Below the pieces are notes generated by a model. It searched no databases. It was not told the DNA's origin and worked only from the letters and a program-made list of their open reading frames with translations. A program made the translations under genes and the position numbers. A stretch of DNA of 64,000 bases from positions 1-64,000 of the forward strand of contig NW_003314428.1 of NCBI RefSeq assembly GCF_000143415.4. Direction: 5' to 3'. Below are positions 13,936 through 26,200 of the stretch, piece by piece. Positions within the stretch are counted from its first letter, which is position 1, and every line of letters begins with the position of its first letter. The DNA is from Selaginella moellendorffii (taxonomy: Eukaryota > Plantae > Lycopodiophyta).

Positions 13936-14599
13936 ATCTTGCAAGTTATGCATAAAAGATTTTGATTAGAATCCTTTCTATAATTTTAAATTTCTGTAAT
14001 AACTTCCTATACAGTGATAATAATTGCAACAATATGGGATATGAGAGACCATCTGCTTATATTACTTTTGTTACCAATAAAAGAAAGGGTATATACAAAG
14101 ACAATGTTCCATTGTCATAAAAAGTATTTGTGGATATTGATGATCTCCAAGGTATAACTATCAATCTCTACACTAAAATGACATTATGAATTTCAGACAA
14201 ACAATTTGAAAAATGTACATCATCACTACTGGATGATGACAACAAACAACTAATTCTTTAGGATTCATGTCACCTATGTAACAGATGTACTATCTATTCT
14301 AGCGGAGCTGGATTCCTTGCTAGTATTTATATGTAATAAATATTATATTTATTAAATCTATTCTATAGCAATGTTTGCCAATACTTAGTTAATTTAAACA
14401 ATTTTTAACTAATTACATTATTACAAATTGTTTTAATCATTCATCAACTTCTACACAACATTAGTTTTGAAAGCTCCAACTTGGCTTATACTTAGAAACG
14501 TGATACCACACACAACAAATTATAAAAAAATAGTAGAAAGAAATAAAACATACTTTTTGTTTTCTCACACATTTTTTCTTTTAAGTGTCAAGTCCAACT

Positions 14600-15800
14600 A
14601 AAATTTTTTGGTATCTCTGTAGCTCTCAAGCTTGCAAAGAATCTTCAGATTGTATATCTTTGATCAAATAGAGTCCATTACAGTCGAAAAAATAGTATAA
14701 TCATCATCTTGTCATGCAGCCAGCTTACATGCAGGCATCTCTACAATTTCATTAGCATCATCAAATACAACTGCCCATCAATGTCCAGTGCTGTCCAGAA
14801 TACATAAGTGTAGTGCATATTTGAAGTGAATATCTCCAGAATCAGTGTCACAAGAGTTGCATTGCCACATACTTCCCGAAACCTGAGTAACCTTCTTGCC
14901 ACATTGCCTTCCATTGACAACCTTCATGCATGCTGGGTAATAGAAGTCACCAGTCTGGAAATCTTTCACTGACACAATAACACGAAAAATAGCAGAGAAC
15001 TCGGAAACCTTCAGGTTGATAGACAACATCTCATTGTACCAGAAATCACTGCTTTAGAAGAAGAGTTGGTCACATGGACAAATATGGTTGTGTTGTAGCT
15101 AGCAACCATCCATTCACACAGCCATGAGACATCTTCTAATTCAGGATCAACTAAAAGGTTAGAGCCACCTGTGACTGAAATGGACTTGCCATTGCCGGCT
15201 GCCCTTCACGCATACAATAGGCCTCTCTCCTTGTCCAGGTTTCTCCTCGATTTCTGAACCTTCATCTTCAACCTTTGAATCCCACAGACACATGTCTATA
15301 CTGTGGCCTGATTCATCACTCAAAAAAAGCATCCTCCTTCTCATGAATGCTCCAGAATCCTTAGGAGAAATGTTTGTCCAATCCACATTACACCACCAAT
15401 CACATCTACAAATGTCTCTTGGCTGAGCTTAGAAGCATCTAAAACACTAGTTCTATTAAGAACAACATTTGGAATACGTAGATCGTCCTCTACACACTTG
15501 ATCTCCATAGTTTTGCTTGCTTTTATCTCCCAATTTGATTTATATGGTGTATATGCTGGTTTAGAGCACTGTACACCACTGTTCCCTGAAAATATATAGA
15601 CACTGCCTTGCTCAATCTCGCTTGAAAGATGCTTTGCATTCTTGCCAAACCCAACAATATGTATTTCAGAACTTTATGCATCAGCAACATCAACTGACAT
15701 AACACACCCAGCTGTGCCTGTTTCAAAGAATACAAGTTTTCCTTTGTGTGTCACCTTGGCATGAAAAGACCATCAGTAGCAGTGGCCGCTGTCCTTAATT
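14600..15800 (-). pseudogene. Helitron RPA70-like ssDNA-binding gene (OB folds A/B/C, Zn ribbon), decayed
   Basis: Translates FYYPACMKVVNGRQCGKKV..WQCNSCD..KYALHLCILDSTGH and LSDESGHSIDMCLWD, with stops and frameshifts. Plant Helitrons are known to carry RPA70 homologues. Confidence 0.85.
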
Positions 15801-16959
15801 GGCATCTCAGCTTCTTAGAAATCTCTCCCTTGACATGAAACAGAGAAAAAAAATGTAATAATGTTATATACATACATACGTAATGTAATTAGTTACAAAT
15901 AATTTGTAACTAAATAACTAATTTGTAATGTATTTAGACAAAACTAACATTAGTAGTCATAGTGCTTTACATTTATGTTTTGTTTTTATAAAAGAAATAT
16001 CAGAAGACAAATCTGGGAGCGTCATATATATTTCAGTTGTTGGCTTTTCGTTTATATTGTTTCTTTATATTAACAAAGAAATATTCAAGCATGAGATTTC
16101 ATAGGTGGTTATGTTAAAAGTTTTATGTGAAAGTATGGGAAAGCTTACTCGATTGTAAGATGAAGTTCAGCCTTTTCTATATCATGATTTTTAAATACAT
16201 ATTCCGTAATTACATTAACCTTGAAGGATATGCACTTTGGTGTTCATTGGATCACCAATGAAAGGCACATTGAGATTGTAAACATCTGTCACTTTGGCTT
16301 CAGTTCCGTCGTCTTAGACCATTGACACAACTTTGCAATCTCTAGAGACAGACCAGATATTCTTCTGGCTGCTTGCTGAGCAGAACATTATGTTGTAGTT
16401 ATCTGTGCGAGTAGAGTACGTCATAATCCACAAGTTTTTGTCACGAACGTGCCTCAACAATCCACACACAGTGGGCCTGTATATTTGATTGGAGTGTACA
16501 AAGCAGTGTGATCCACACAATGCAATTATATACATCTCTTTCCAGGTATGTAATACATTAGTGGGAGAATTAGGAATGTTTGTAAACAGCTGATTTACAA
16601 ACCTTCTGATGCTGAAAGGTTGGGAATATATTCAATGGAATCATTGCCCCAATCAATGAAAGTTCCCATGTAAGCCAATGCTTGAAGTGCCTAAAAAAAT
16701 ATGCCTCAAGATAAACAAATCACAAACTTTAATGAGCATATCGCCTCAAGTACCGGGTTCTTTCAAATGTTCCCCATGTTTCCGTGCAAAGATCCAGTGC
16801 ATTGTTCTAGACTCGTCACAATTCTGCATAAAAGCTTCACATGCTTCAACATCAGAAATCAAAGAGTAAGGGCACAGATGTAAAGACAAAGGTTTAATTT
16901 TTTGAAGGAATGTCAAAGTTTCTAGAATGCAAGAACTTGTTGATTACACTTTGAAAGTG

Positions 16960-17760
16960 AGGTAAGCTTTTTCTCTTTCTGGTGCAAATGCTAGCACATC
17001 TTTGGACTCACTGATTAAGAATTTTCCCTTTGGTGGATGTCCAAACATGTAGTGTTTGGCTTTTGTAGGGTCTTCATTCCAAGACACTTTTGTTCCATAC
17101 AGTTAATCAACCAAATGCAAAGGTATAGTTACTTGGAACGTGTCTTGTCCAAGGTGAAGCTGGGCCTTTAGCGTGATGTGTTCCTTTATAGGTCCTGCAT
17201 ATTTACATATTTTACATATTGCTTCATCTTTAGAAGTTTGTTGCAATCTTGATCCACAGCATGATGAACAAACTGTGTGTATAAAAACTGGATGCAGCTT
17301 ATCTACTTCAAAGTATCCAGGTATCTGCAAAACAACATGTATTTAATATGGGCCTGTTTCATTTCCTTTTGCACTTACCTCTGTGCATTCCCTTGCAATA
17401 TTCCGAAAAACAGTGTTAAGGAATTATTTTGGCATCATCTATTATACGTGAAACAATGCTCATGCTTGTGACATTTTCTCTTTTGAAATAGCCGTTTCCT
17501 TGTAAATTAATGAAACATCTTGTTGGTGGAGTTCCAGAAAAAAAATTCATTCATCAACTCTTTGAATAATTCCATCATATTGCCATGAAATTTGAGCTGT
17601 CATCATATAGATTATTGTCAGGAATCCACATGCTATATTGAACTTACTACTATCATATCAGACTCATCGATGTTATCTGCTATTGTGAGTTGACCACTGT
17701 TTTAGCCTATATCATTAATGCTCACTACAACACCTTCAACAGAACCTACAGAGTCTCGGC
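16960..17760 (-). pseudogene. Second divergent OB-fold/Zn-ribbon gene, decayed
   Basis: Translates FIHTVCSSCCGSRL..ICKICK..ITLKAQLHLGQDTFQVTIP, an RPA DBD-C-like CxxC..CxxC layout. One intron near 17330-17385. Confidence 0.45.
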
Positions 17761-18206
17761 CTCTACATGACTCCACAAAGTTTGCAATGCTGACAGTTGG
17801 TACAGACAGACAAGTTGTGGCACTATAAGCTATTACCTAAATGCTTACATTTTCTTCTTAGCATAAGAGATGCTCATCATTGTGGTGGGTCAATAAAAAG
17901 AGATATGCCAGATGCACTGGGCCTGGGTTGGAACTCAAGTCATCATGTTGTTTCGCATTTCTCTAGCATGACTCCACATTCAAATATATATAACCACAGA
18001 TACCACCTACTCAAAAATAAACTGGACATAACCATAAAGGAAGTGCATAGAAAGAAAAATAGGCAGCTAGCCTCTTCCCACTCTTTCATGCACTGTGCTC
18101 CATGCANNNNNNNNNNNNNNNNNNNNNNNNNNNNNNNNNNNNNNNNNNNNNNNNNNNNNNNNNNNNNNNNNNNNNNNNNNNNNNNNNNNNNNNNNNNNNN
18201 NNNNNN

Positions 18207-20889
18207 GATCACCACTTGTCATGCATGTTTAGCTTGGAAAGAATGTTGTCGAGCTTGAGATTCTGGTGAACCACGCCCCTCAAATAAATCTCTTTGAAGG
18301 TCTTTACCAGCTGCTTGATGATTCTGGCTGCTTTCTCCTCACCAATCTTCTCGCAAATATGCTATATTTAAAAGACCAAATAATTATGGAATAACGCCTT
18401 AAGAAGGGAAGGCAAAATTTCCACAACCACTGGAGGAAAAATGCCCGTGCCCTGTCCAAAAGGAGACTTGGACAACACCACAAAGTCAGCAAACTTTCCT
18501 GGCGTCAGCGACCCAACCAAATCCTCCAATGCAGCTGCATACACAGCCGAGGATGTGTACCTGTGAATCCAAAAACAAAAACTGCATTTCAGCTTCTCAT
18601 CTGTTATCTCTTACCCTGCCACTACGTCCCATGCAGAAATCCTTTCCTCGGGATGACTCCAGCCTGAAGTGTTCTCTCCACGGCTGTGCGGATTCCTCCA
18701 AGTGGATTCACTGCTACCACCTTGAGACAAACCATTCATGTAACGCATGTATTTGGCCAATCAGATCCTAGAGCAACCACACTACCGTTTCCGAGGAGGG
18801 AAATCATTGCACTTCACCAGTTTATACCCCTCTTTGTGGCAAGCCTGTAGCTTTTGCGTTATAGAAGTGTAAAGTAGGGACCATGTATTAGCACCCACTC
18901 TGCAAAAGAGAGTCGATTAGGAAGGATTCTAGTAGTGTATCACCTTTTCACGTCAGTGTTCACAGAAGATTATAAAGAAGGTAAACTAACAAAAAAAAGC
19001 ACATTACTAAAAAACAATCTTTTGTATTGTGTAGACAAAGAAGAAACAACTGATAATCCAGAAGAACAAAAAAAAGGTGAGGCTGTGTAATAAAGACTTT
19101 GTGAAACTTTAATAATTATAGGAAGAGCAGGTATGGATATCCATGGTTTCTTTGAACTCCTCTTTGCTCGGTTAGCTTTTACTACGGCCTTTTGGACGTG
19201 CTGTGGTTTCCTCCTGTGATGCTTTCCTTCCTGGCATTAGAGAGTAACTGAGGATGTAAGATTGCACTGCCTGAGNNNNNNNNNNNNNNNNNNNNNNNNN
19301 NNNNNNNNNNNNNNNNNNNNNNNNNNNNNNNNNNNNNNNNNNNNNNNNNNNNNNNNNNNNNNNNNNNNNNNNNNNNNNNNNNNNNNNNNNNNNNNNNNNN
19401 NNNNNNNNNNNNNNNNNNNNNNNNNNNNNNNNNNNNNNNNNNNNNNNNNNNNNNNNNNNNNNNNNNNNNNNNNNNNNNNNNNNNNNNNNNNNNNNNNNNN
19501 NNNNNNNNNNNNNNNNNNNNNNNNNNNNNNNNNNNNNNNNNNNNNNNNNNNNNNNNNNNNNNNNNNNNNNNNNNNNNNNNNNNNNNNNNNNNNNNNNNNN
19601 NNNNNNNNNNNNNNNNNNNNNNNNNNNNNNNNNNNNNNNNNNNNNNNNNNNNNNNNNNNNNNNNNNNNNNNNNNNNNNNNNNNNNNNNNNNNNNNNNNNN
19701 NNNNNNNNNNNNNNNNNNNNNNNNNNACATCCCCCATAGAAGAATAATATGCCTCGCCCTGCGTTCACCAGCTCTTGGCATCAGCTCAGCACCAGTCGTC
19801 TTTACCTCCCGCCATGCCATTGTTTCTGGAAACACAAATGAATTCGCAAGTTTAAAACCAGCACAATGTATGTACCTGTGTCCAGTCGTATAGATAGGCA
19901 TTACCACCGTTCTCGCCACCCATGACAATGCAACAGTTCTTATAGGAAGAGCAGGTATGGATATCCCGAGGAATAGGCGAGACTCCAGTGGTAGAAATCT
20001 TCTTCCAGACAAAAGTATCTACAGGAAAAAAAAGAGTTTAGAAGAAAACCAGGAAAGATAACAGAATATTACTCGTGTTCAAAACATGGAGGTCGTTGTA
20101 GTACTCCTCCTCTGAGGGATCGCTGGATTTCCCACATCCCCCAAACACGAACAGGTTGTCACCGATGAGAGATGCGCTATGTCCTTCTCTTGGAGCAGGA
20201 ACATCACCAAAAACGTCGGGTTTCCCCCAGGTGTTGGTAGCTGCATCGGATGATAAGAACAAGAAAAAAAATTCAATTGAACTCGCTTACCAGTATCCAA
20301 AACAAAGAGATCGTCTAGCGGGCTGGTTCCATCGGTACCACCAAACACATAGAGCTTAGACCCGACGGCCGTGGAGCTGTGGCTGTCCTGAGGAGAAGGG
20401 TGCGTTCCTTTCATCACAGGCTTGCTCCAGATGTACGTCCCTGCACGATCCCACCAAAACATGATCAAAACCATATTTCCGGTTGAATAGCGAAGAGCAA
20501 GAGAGTGAAAAACCTTGATTCTAGTCGTGGTTCCAGCCTCGAGAACCTGGAACAAACAGGGACTTGAGAGACTCGAAAAAAGAATAGCGACGAGCAAGAG
20601 AGTGAAGAACCTTGATTCTAGTCGTCGATGGCAACGTGAATCCCCTTGTTGTCCGAGACGTCGTCCCTGTCGTGCGCTCCATCAGAGCCTCTTCGCCTTT
20701 CACTCCCAATCCTCGTCGCATTTCCGAGCAGAGCACGTCGATCTACCGAATGCACCTGCACAGGCGGATGCCGGCGGATTTGTTCCCCGCGTAAGTCTGG
20801 AAGGCGTCGAGCCTGTTCTCGCTGATCATTGAGCACAACTATGGCGACACAGAGAAAGCCGTGAGCCTCTCAAACCTTTGCAAATGGAG

Positions 20890-20928
<39 letters not shown>

Positions 20929-21115
20929 CTTCCCGCAAGTGATGATCGACGCTCTCTCCTCGTGCTCACGCGCCCTAAAAGAGAATTGAATTTTTTTATG
21001 ATCCCAAAAGTCACGGCTCTCCATTGTTTAATCTCAGCCGTTAGATTTTGGCATATGCCCAGAATAAGTGTCGCCAGTATATGCTATTATTATACCGGCT
21101 CTTTTGTTTAAATAT
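18207..21115 (-). mobile_element. Helitron H4 (Kelch/LAF3/kinase cargo), inverted paralogue of 36553-39427
   Basis: 18207-21023 is a near-identical reverse complement of 36553-39427. 21024-21115 is a 5' cassette of the family seen at 36440-36518. Confidence 0.85.
19110..20445 (-). pseudogene. Kelch-repeat protein fragment (copy 1)
   Basis: Translates PSPQDSHSSTAVGSKLYVFGGTDG and PAPREGHSASLIGDNLFVFGGCG. Shares an internal deletion with copy 2. Confidence 0.88.
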
Positions 21116-22030
21116 TAATAAACAAAGTATTATTTAGCAAGTATAACGTCATAAATGAAGCGGAGGCAATTTTGAATGTCAACCTTCCAAATTCTTTAAG
21201 ATGTCTACTGCTTTCTATGGACGGTCAGCCTGAAAATTGTATCATCAGTGGTTTACAGCATCAAGAATACAGAGGTTTTATTGGTACTTATTGGACCTGC
21301 AGTACATTTGTATGCTCGAAACATATTTCACTCGCTGGGATAGTTAGATGTTAATTCTAAAAAGAGAACAATTTATTAAAACTTGCTTAAGTTCAATATA
21401 TAACAAGCACTTGGTTTATTTAGTTTTTACTTAGTGATTGCAACCAAACACTATTTCTTAAATGGTTTACTGGAATAGAATAATACAAGCTTGGACTCAA
21501 AGCTTAAAAGAATTATTCAACAGATGAAGAGGTGGCTTAATCATATTCCTCAATTTAGTATATTATTTGGTCATTCTAGATCAGGTTCATCACTTCTATA
21601 AGCTCATTGGGGTTGAGCAATAGACTACTAAGCATTTTCCATCTCAAGGCATTTTTAATTTATGCCCATGTGAATAAGGAGTAGTTCCCTTAGGGTGGGG
21701 TTCCATGCTCCACCCACCTGGAAATTTCTCCTCACCCCACAACTTTCCCCTCCTTTTTTTTTAATGGTTACATTACATGTAACCCTCTTTTTTATATGCC
21801 ACATAAAGCTACACATTAGCTTCTTTTTTTCCACATCATAATGAATTAGGGTGCCATTTTTTTTTACCCTAAATTGAGTGCATAGCATGCCATAGCTTGG
21901 CAATTCTTCCTTGGCAATCATTTCCCATGATGTAAAGATTGTGATGAGGTACTTAAATTTGGTAGAGTTGTTCTTTCTGGAGGAGGACATGATCTTAATT
22001 CCAGTTTCAAGAAAGCTTTTGTTCATTCGA

Positions 22031-23040
22031 ATGGTGGAGGAAGCGATTGCTATAGTGCTTTCTATGCTATGTCCTACTGCAACTTCATTTATTGAAAGAG
22101 TGACCACTAAAAAGGAGCTCCTAGGGCTATTGATCAATGTGGATTACATCAAGCCAAGAAGTCTCCACTGGTGGTATCAAACAGACTTTCAGGTTCTTTA
22201 TATAAATCCACAAAGATTCAGAGAAGTTTTTTAGTATCTACATTCACTTTTCTTTGTGACAAGCTTGCTCCAAAATTGGCCAGGAGGCCGATTTGGCAGA
22301 AATACCAAAGTAGCACTTAGCTATTTCAAAGCAAGTAGCTATTGCTTTGAAATGCTTGGCATTCAGGGATACATGGCAAATAATTGGTGATGCATTTAGA
22401 GTGGCTTCATGCTGATTCAGGTATTCATTGCTTGAGCATAAAGGACTAATGATCCATTGGCAGATGAGGAGGGAATAAATGAAGTTATAGCATGATTTCA
22501 GAGATTGCATGGATTCCCAAATTGTTGTGGTGCAATGGATTGCACTCATATGGCAATCAAGCTCCTAGGTTCAGAGGATGCAATAGATTGGTATGCTAGG
22601 GCAAAAAAGTACTACTCAATGGTAGTTCAAGTTGTGGTAGACAGTAAGACTTCATTCCTTTACATAACAATAGGGATAGTAGGTAGTGTTCCAGATAGAC
22701 AAGTTTGGAATTCTAGTGGTTTGAAGAAGGCATAGATAGAGAAGAAGTGTTTATGTGGTCCAGTGTACCATACAAAGTTTGGGGACATTCCATTGTATAT
22801 CATTGCTGACAGAGGATAAGAGTGTGCTTTACTGGTTTTGGTCTTATATCCAAATAAGTTTCATGGCAAAGAGCAATACAACTTTCTTCATTCTTCTATG
22901 AGGATTGTTGTTAAGCAATCTTTTGGAATTTTAAAGAGGCAATGGAAATTGCTTGGTTAGAAGGGATTTAGAGGACATCTAGGCATCCTTGCGAACAACA
23001 TCATGTCTTGCTGTGTGCTGCATACCTTGATGATCACAAG
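22031..23040 (+). mobile_element. PIF/Harbinger (HARBI1-like DDE) transposase relic
   Basis: Translates GFPNCCGAMDCTH..YYSMVVQVVVD..GSVPDRQVWNSS, YIIADRG, SFGILKRQWKLL and SCCVLH, with many stops. No TIRs found. Confidence 0.88.
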
Positions 23041-23299
23041 GAATGACAGGTTCATGGAAAATTTTGACCCTAATAGATCTAACTACAATGCAGACTACCT
23101 TCCACAGATTTTATTGTGAGAATGAAGTGGTCAGTTATATAGATCTCCAAAAAGTTTTAATGCCACATTAAACTCTCAAGGGCATTCATGTATAAGCTAA
23201 ACACAGTGGACATCCTTATTTAATGCAAATAGTCATTCAATGTATTTAACTCCTTGATAGTCTGCAAGAATAATGACATATATTTATTCAATGACAACT

Positions 23300-26200
23300 A
23301 ATGTTGTGTTAATTTGTCATAGCTATTGAAATAATTTATCATGGGAAACTGTGTTGACTAAGTTTTATATATCAAGACAATCCCCTATACCATATTTTTG
23401 AATTGTCCATGAAGTTGTGAGTTTCATTGCTATAGCTATCATGCATCTATTGTTATAGGATAAAATGTGATGAGCACATAGTGCATTAGGAAGTCATTAT
23501 TTGTTACTGAATATTTGTTTCATTCCTCTCTAAGAAGGAACATTTGTCCCATCAACTACACCCTTTTACTCTTTATAGTTGCAAATCTAAAAGAATGCCC
23601 TCTTGTGCCAATGATTCCTTCTTCCAATTAATACATCATTTTAGCAACACACTTGTGAGATATGTTTACCCTCTATCATAGGTTCACTTTAGTAAAAAAG
23701 AATACCTTTCCAAAGTAGTTTATCAACTATTAAGCTTAATTCCAGCAAGTAAAGGCAAATTGAAAAACTGTTACCAAGAATATATATTTTGAAATAGGGG
23801 CTAGATTAAAGTAAAGTAAGGGAACTTCATATGAGAAAAATATCCTTGAGAAAATAAAATAAAAACTGTAAGTATTTGAGTTTTGATTTCTTATTTACCC
23901 ATCACTCAAGTTAGTGATATAACTTCCTAGATGCCCAAAGTTAGATAACTTTTTGAAAACCTTATCATGCAAATATGTTAGCTTAGTAAATCCTATGGGA
24001 CTTTCTTGTGGATTTCTTTTATTTCCAAGGTCAAACAGTAGGAACATCAAGATTACACTTCAAGAATGAGACTTCTTCAAAAGAGAATATAATTTTTACT
24101 ACAACTTACTAATGATCCATCCAAGCTAATAATTTGAAACATATGTTATTCATTTTTATTCATATTTTGGGTTTGTGTTTTATATATGTTCTTTTATAAA
24201 AAGTGACTAATTTATTTTCATGAAACATTAAAACCATAATTACATCTATCCATAAATTAAATTATTTTAAGCATGTAGCTTAATTTATAGTTGTAATCCA
24301 TAATATAAAATTGTAAGTTTAAAGCTGATTAATTTAACTTTTAAATCACTTGTAAAAATTTTATTAGAAATATTAAATAAAGCTAAATAATGTTATGCAG
24401 AAGATAAAAAAATATTATTTTTTATTCTTTGAATTTACTCTCACTGACAATTCACCTAAAATCATAATTATTTTTTATTTTTTAAATATTTATTTTCAGA
24501 TATGACTATTTGATTTTAGTTTGATTTGTTTAATGATTTAGTATAAATAAAAATTGTTTAATGTACTCTTAAATATCTCTTCTTTCTTTTCAAATGTTCT
24601 TATGAATATTTTTAATATAATATAAGTTTTATCAAACAACTCATTAGTATAATGTTATAATTTATAATTTTATATTATTCTTTCAGCTATTAACTATTGT
24701 TTTATTTTATTTTAAATCTTCATGTATCTGGGATATAATCAAGAAATGGATTTTATCTTTCAATATGTATGAGATAGCTTATACCATATTAGATACCATG
24801 TTATTAATGAGACATGAATGCATAATTTTATTATAAAGCATTAGTATAGGTTTATCTTAAAACTTTACATGAGCTTTATGTTTTGTTTCAATTTTGTATT
24901 ATATCAATCATACCTAAGCATAGGGAAAATATCGTATTAGTTCAAATGGTAAATTAAGTATTTTATAAAAAAACGTTAATGGTCCCGAAATAGAGTAAAA
25001 TTATATGTCACATTTGTGAGAAAAATACAACTCAGCCTGTAAAGATAGAAAATCTATTTTATTAAATATTTATATTAGATATTCTTTTAAAAATATTAAT
25101 ACATGTGTAAAACCTTTCTAACCAGAATATAAGTTACTAATAGATCAAGAGTATGTAACACATTTTGTAAGTTATAATATATAAGATAACTACTACAAAA
25201 GTTAAATGATGAAGAGAAAAAATATTTGAGAAAGAAAAACTTAGAATAAGAAGAAAGAACTTTAATAGAAATAAAATTTTAAATATTAAAAAGACTGGTC
25301 TATACGAAATTCTCATGAAAAGTGATTTAGGTTAAAAATTAGTAGAGCAACTCTAAAATTAAATATCTAGATTGTAACCCTTAAAGTTGAAAATTATAAA
25401 CTATATTTCATTAGGATTATATTTAGGTAATATCATGCTAGAAGTTATAATTTCAAAATTTCTAAGGAACTTTGAAAGTTTAAGAAAAATTCTGCAAGAT
25501 TGTCTATTACTGAAGGATTTTAAATCATATATAGCTAAATAGCTAAAAAATTTAAATATAAAAATTACTATTAAATTATTCAAAAATGCTTACAATTCAG
25601 CAATTATCTAAAGGAGAACATTATTATAAACAAACTTAGATTATAAGAAATATTAAAAAATTTATTAGAAACTTACATCTAGCACATTCATATTTATATA
25701 ATCATATTTTTTATTTTTAATAATATATTTAATATAATATAATAATATTCTCAAAATATATTAAAATTGAAGTAAAAGTTTTATTTTATTTTATTTTAAA
25801 ATAATATGTATTGTTGTTTCAACATTATCATTTGTGAATAAAGTTTTTAAATTTTTCATTCTCTAAATTTTATTGTTGATATGTTCATTATAAAGAACAT
25901 AAAAATAAATAAATAAACTTAGATCTAACATATTACAATATACAAGAATAATATAATGACATTTTTTAATTTTTAAAGTATAACATAATATAATTATTAA
26001 CATATAATATATACTTTAAGGTATTTCCTAAATGAATTTCTTATAAAAACTTACAATTCACATATATAGCTTTGATTTACATTAATTTTAAGTTTGATAT
26101 TTGTCGAGGATTTTTATAAGTGAGAATAATTTTCTTAAGTCTTCAAAAGAAGAGTTTTCTACAAAATTAATGATATTTTTGAGATGTTCTTAAGAATTGC

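Larger units (their letters stand above)
10208..14323 (+). mobile_element. Complete nested non-autonomous Helitron H3 (4,116 bp)
   Basis: Starts A|TCATCCTTCTATATCTAAA and ends TCTAGC-GGA-GCTGGA..CTAG|T. Rejoining the flanks reproduces the uninterrupted paralogous site at 47337/47338. No TSD. Confidence 0.92.
5717..18106 (+). mobile_element. Helitron H2 (5' cassette clipped by H1; 3' end not seen, runs into a gap)
   Basis: The 5' cassette at 5717-5900 is homologous to 1-140 and 42830-42990. It carries gene fragments, RPA-like genes and nested H3. The right boundary is uncertain. Confidence 0.65.

Noticed and set aside
21131-21165. Possible 3' end of H5 (minus-strand TTGCTAA with a weak hairpin)
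   Set aside because: The hairpin is poor, CTAA is not followed by T, and it does not resemble the other termini.
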